This document shows, one piece after another, positions 35,280-37,051 of a stretch of 37,051 nt of DNA. Positions within the stretch are counted from its first letter, which is position 1. Every line of letters starts with the position of its first letter. This DNA is from an uncultured Bacilli bacterium. GTDB taxonomy: Bacteria; Bacillota_I; Bacilli_A; RF39; UBA660. The notes under the pieces were generated by a model. That model did no database searches, was not told the origin of the DNA, and saw nothing but the letters and a program-made list of their open reading frames with translations. The DNA is taken from contig CANQAO010000001.1 in the NCBI GenBank assembly GCA_947589375.1, positions 1-37,051 on the forward strand, written 5' to 3'. The position numbers and the translations under genes were made by a program.

Positions 35280-37051
35280 ATGACAGAAAATATAACTATG
35301 ATGAATGAGGAAAAAACTAAAGAAATAATTTTTCATTCACCAAAACTCGATAAAGAAAAAAGTGGGGAACTTACTGGCTATGCTTCGATTGATAAACCTT
35401 GGCTAAAATATTATAAAGAAGGAGTAGACAAAACACCTATTCCTCACATGTCCATTTATGAAATCATAAAAGAAAACAATAAGAATAGACTTAGTAATAT
35501 TGCTATTGATTTTCGCACTAGTCAAAATAATTTTTCAAAAGGGATTGAAATTACTTATGATAAATATTTCAAACGTATTGAAAATATTGCCCGATCATAT
35601 ATCAATATGGGGTTAAAGCCAAATGATATTGTAGTAACATTATTACCAAATGTTCCAGAAAGCAGAATGCTTATATATGGTTTAAATATTTTAGGCGTAA
35701 CAGTTTACCCTGTGTCTCTTATGGCATCTGCCGGACAAGTAGATCAAATTTTAGCAGAAAACAATGTTAAAAATGTAGTAGTTTTTGCAGGCTTTTATGA
35801 TAAATTTAAATCAATAATTACATCTCGTAATCTTGATAGTGTTCTGTATGTTACGGGTACTGAATCTTTGCCCAAATTTTTAAAAATTCTTAACAAATTA
35901 AAAAATCAAAAAACAGATGCTTCTTTGACAAAAGAAAATGTTTTACTATGGGATGAGTTTGATAAATTAAAAAAAGGTTACAAAGAAGAATTGAAACCTT
36001 ATTATGATAAAGATCATACCGCTATTGTCGTAGGAACTAGTGGAACTACTGGAATTCCTAAAGGTGTTTGTTTAACTGATGACAATTTAAATGCAATTGC
36101 TATTCAACATCGATTAAGCGATATTATTAAAGAAGAAGAAACAATGCTTGATGCTTTAATTCAATCTATTGGATATGGAGTATCAACAATGCATTATACA
36201 ACAGTTTATGGACACAAAAATATATTAATCCCAGAATTATTAACGGATAAATTTTCAGAGGTACTTTGTAAGACACAACCTGATCATTTTACAGGAGGAC
36301 CAGTTCATGTTCAATATTTAGCTAATAGTAAAGAATTTGCCGAAGGAAAAATTCCAAAAATTAAAAATTTAGTTTCTGGTGGAGCTACATTATCTAAAGA
36401 ATTAGAAAGAAAAGTTAATCAAGTAGATGAGGGCTATGTCGAAAAAGAAAACGATGATAAAATTATGGTAAGACAAGGCTTTGGAGCTACTGAAAATGGT
36501 GGTTGCGGGGCCTATGCTCGAAAGGGAACATATAAATTTGGTGGTGTTGGTATCCCATTACCATATGATACAATTGCCGTATTTGAGCCAGATTCAGATC
36601 ATGAACTTCAATATAATGAAGAAGGCGAGTTATGTATAGAAGGCCCTACAGTTATGAAAGAATATCTAAATAATCCAGATGAAACTAGAAAGGTCTTAAA
36701 GCAACATAGTGATGGTAAAACATGGTTACATTTAGCTGACTTAGGCAAAATTGATGAGGATGGACAAGTGTTTATTACAGACAGAATTAAGAACATATTT
36801 ATGAGAACCGGTTTTAATATTCATCCTTCTAAAATACAAGAATTTTTAAATTCTTTACCTTGTGTAAAAGATTCAGTAGTTATTGGTGTAGATCACCCAG
36901 ATGAACAAAAAGTACCTGTGGCTTTTATTACTTTAACTGATGATGCTTTAGGAAATGAAAAAGACGTTTTAGAATATATTCAAAAAATGTGTTATGACAA
37001 TTTGGAAGAACTTTCTATTCCATATGATTGGGTTATTAGTGATGAATTACC
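35280..37051 (+). CDS. AMP-dependent synthetase/ligase (ANL superfamily, acyl-CoA synthetase-like), 3'-truncated by the window edge; not in the ORF track
   Basis: Manual translation from the ATG at 35280 (after AGGGGGA) is open to the window end, about 590 codons. It contains the ANL motifs VGTSGTTGIPKGV (A3), GFGATENGG (A5), and GDLG-like LADLGKIDEDGQVFITDRIKN (A7/A8). Confidence 0.85.
   Translation, partial: MTENITMMNEEKTKEIIFHSPKLDKEKSGELTGYASIDKPWLKYYKEGVDKTPIPHMSIYEIIKENNKNRLSNIAIDFRTSQNNFSKGIEITYDKYFKRIENIARSYINMGLKPNDIVVTLLPNVPESRMLIYGLNILGVTVYPVSLMASAGQVDQILAENNVKNVVVFAGFYDKFKSIITSRNLDSVLYVTGTESLPKFLKILNKLKNQKTDASLTKENVLLWDEFDKLKKGYKEELKPYYDKDHTAIVVGTSGTTGIPKGVCLTDDNLNAIAIQHRLSDIIKEEETMLDALIQSIGYGVSTMHYTTVYGHKNILIPELLTDKFSEVLCKTQPDHFTGGPVHVQYLANSKEFAEGKIPKIKNLVSGGATLSKELERKVNQVDEGYVEKENDDKIMVRQGFGATENGGCGAYARKGTYKFGGVGIPLPYDTIAVFEPDSDHELQYNEEGELCIEGPTVMKEYLNNPDETRKVLKQHSDGKTWLHLADLGKIDEDGQVFITDRIKNIFMRTGFNIHPSKIQEFLNSLPCVKDSVVIGVDHPDEQKVPVAFITLTDDALGNEKDVLEYIQKMCYDNLEELSIPYDWVISDEL

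Overview
This window is the chromosomal replication-origin region of a very AT-rich Bacillota-type bacterium that uses the standard code; TAA, TAG and TGA all end conserved genes. Gene orientation flips at dnaA. To the left, on the minus strand, are rpmH-rnpA-yidC-jag-mnmE-mnmG-rsmG, a single ParB/Noc-family gene and an RNA m5C methyltransferase. To the right, on the plus strand, are dnaA-dnaN-(comK-like)-recF-gyrB-gyrA, a tandem-repeat array, ffs (small SRP RNA), tadA-dnaX-ybaB-recR-bofA-holB-ricT-(yabB-like methyltransferase)-rsmI-pth-mfd. Next come two minus-strand genes (a CBS-domain family II pyrophosphatase and a hypothetical tail-anchored protein). After them are spoVT, a T-box leader, an interrupted dut, metG, a small membrane protein and the 5' part of an adenylate-forming (ANL) ligase. 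DnaA boxes flank dnaA on both sides, giving a bipartite oriC. Most of the window is ordinary housekeeping synteny. Four things stand out. (1) Eight perfect or near-perfect parS palindromes (TGTTTCACGTGAAACA) sit in about 0.75 kb of tandemly duplicated intergenic DNA right after gyrA, resembling a plasmid-style centromere array. (2) The only ParB-family protein in the window looks Noc-like in its DNA-binding helices. It carries a roughly 310-aa Pro/Thr/Glu/Gln-rich insertion and has no soj/spo0J neighbours. (3) A dUTPase gene has one in-frame TAG, yet its downstream frame is intact and ends in an ATGA overlap with metG. The pair sits behind a T-box leader. (4) A ComK homolog occupies the dnaN-recF slot. 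All product calls rest on my reading of the translated ORFs and recalled family motifs. No database search was possible.
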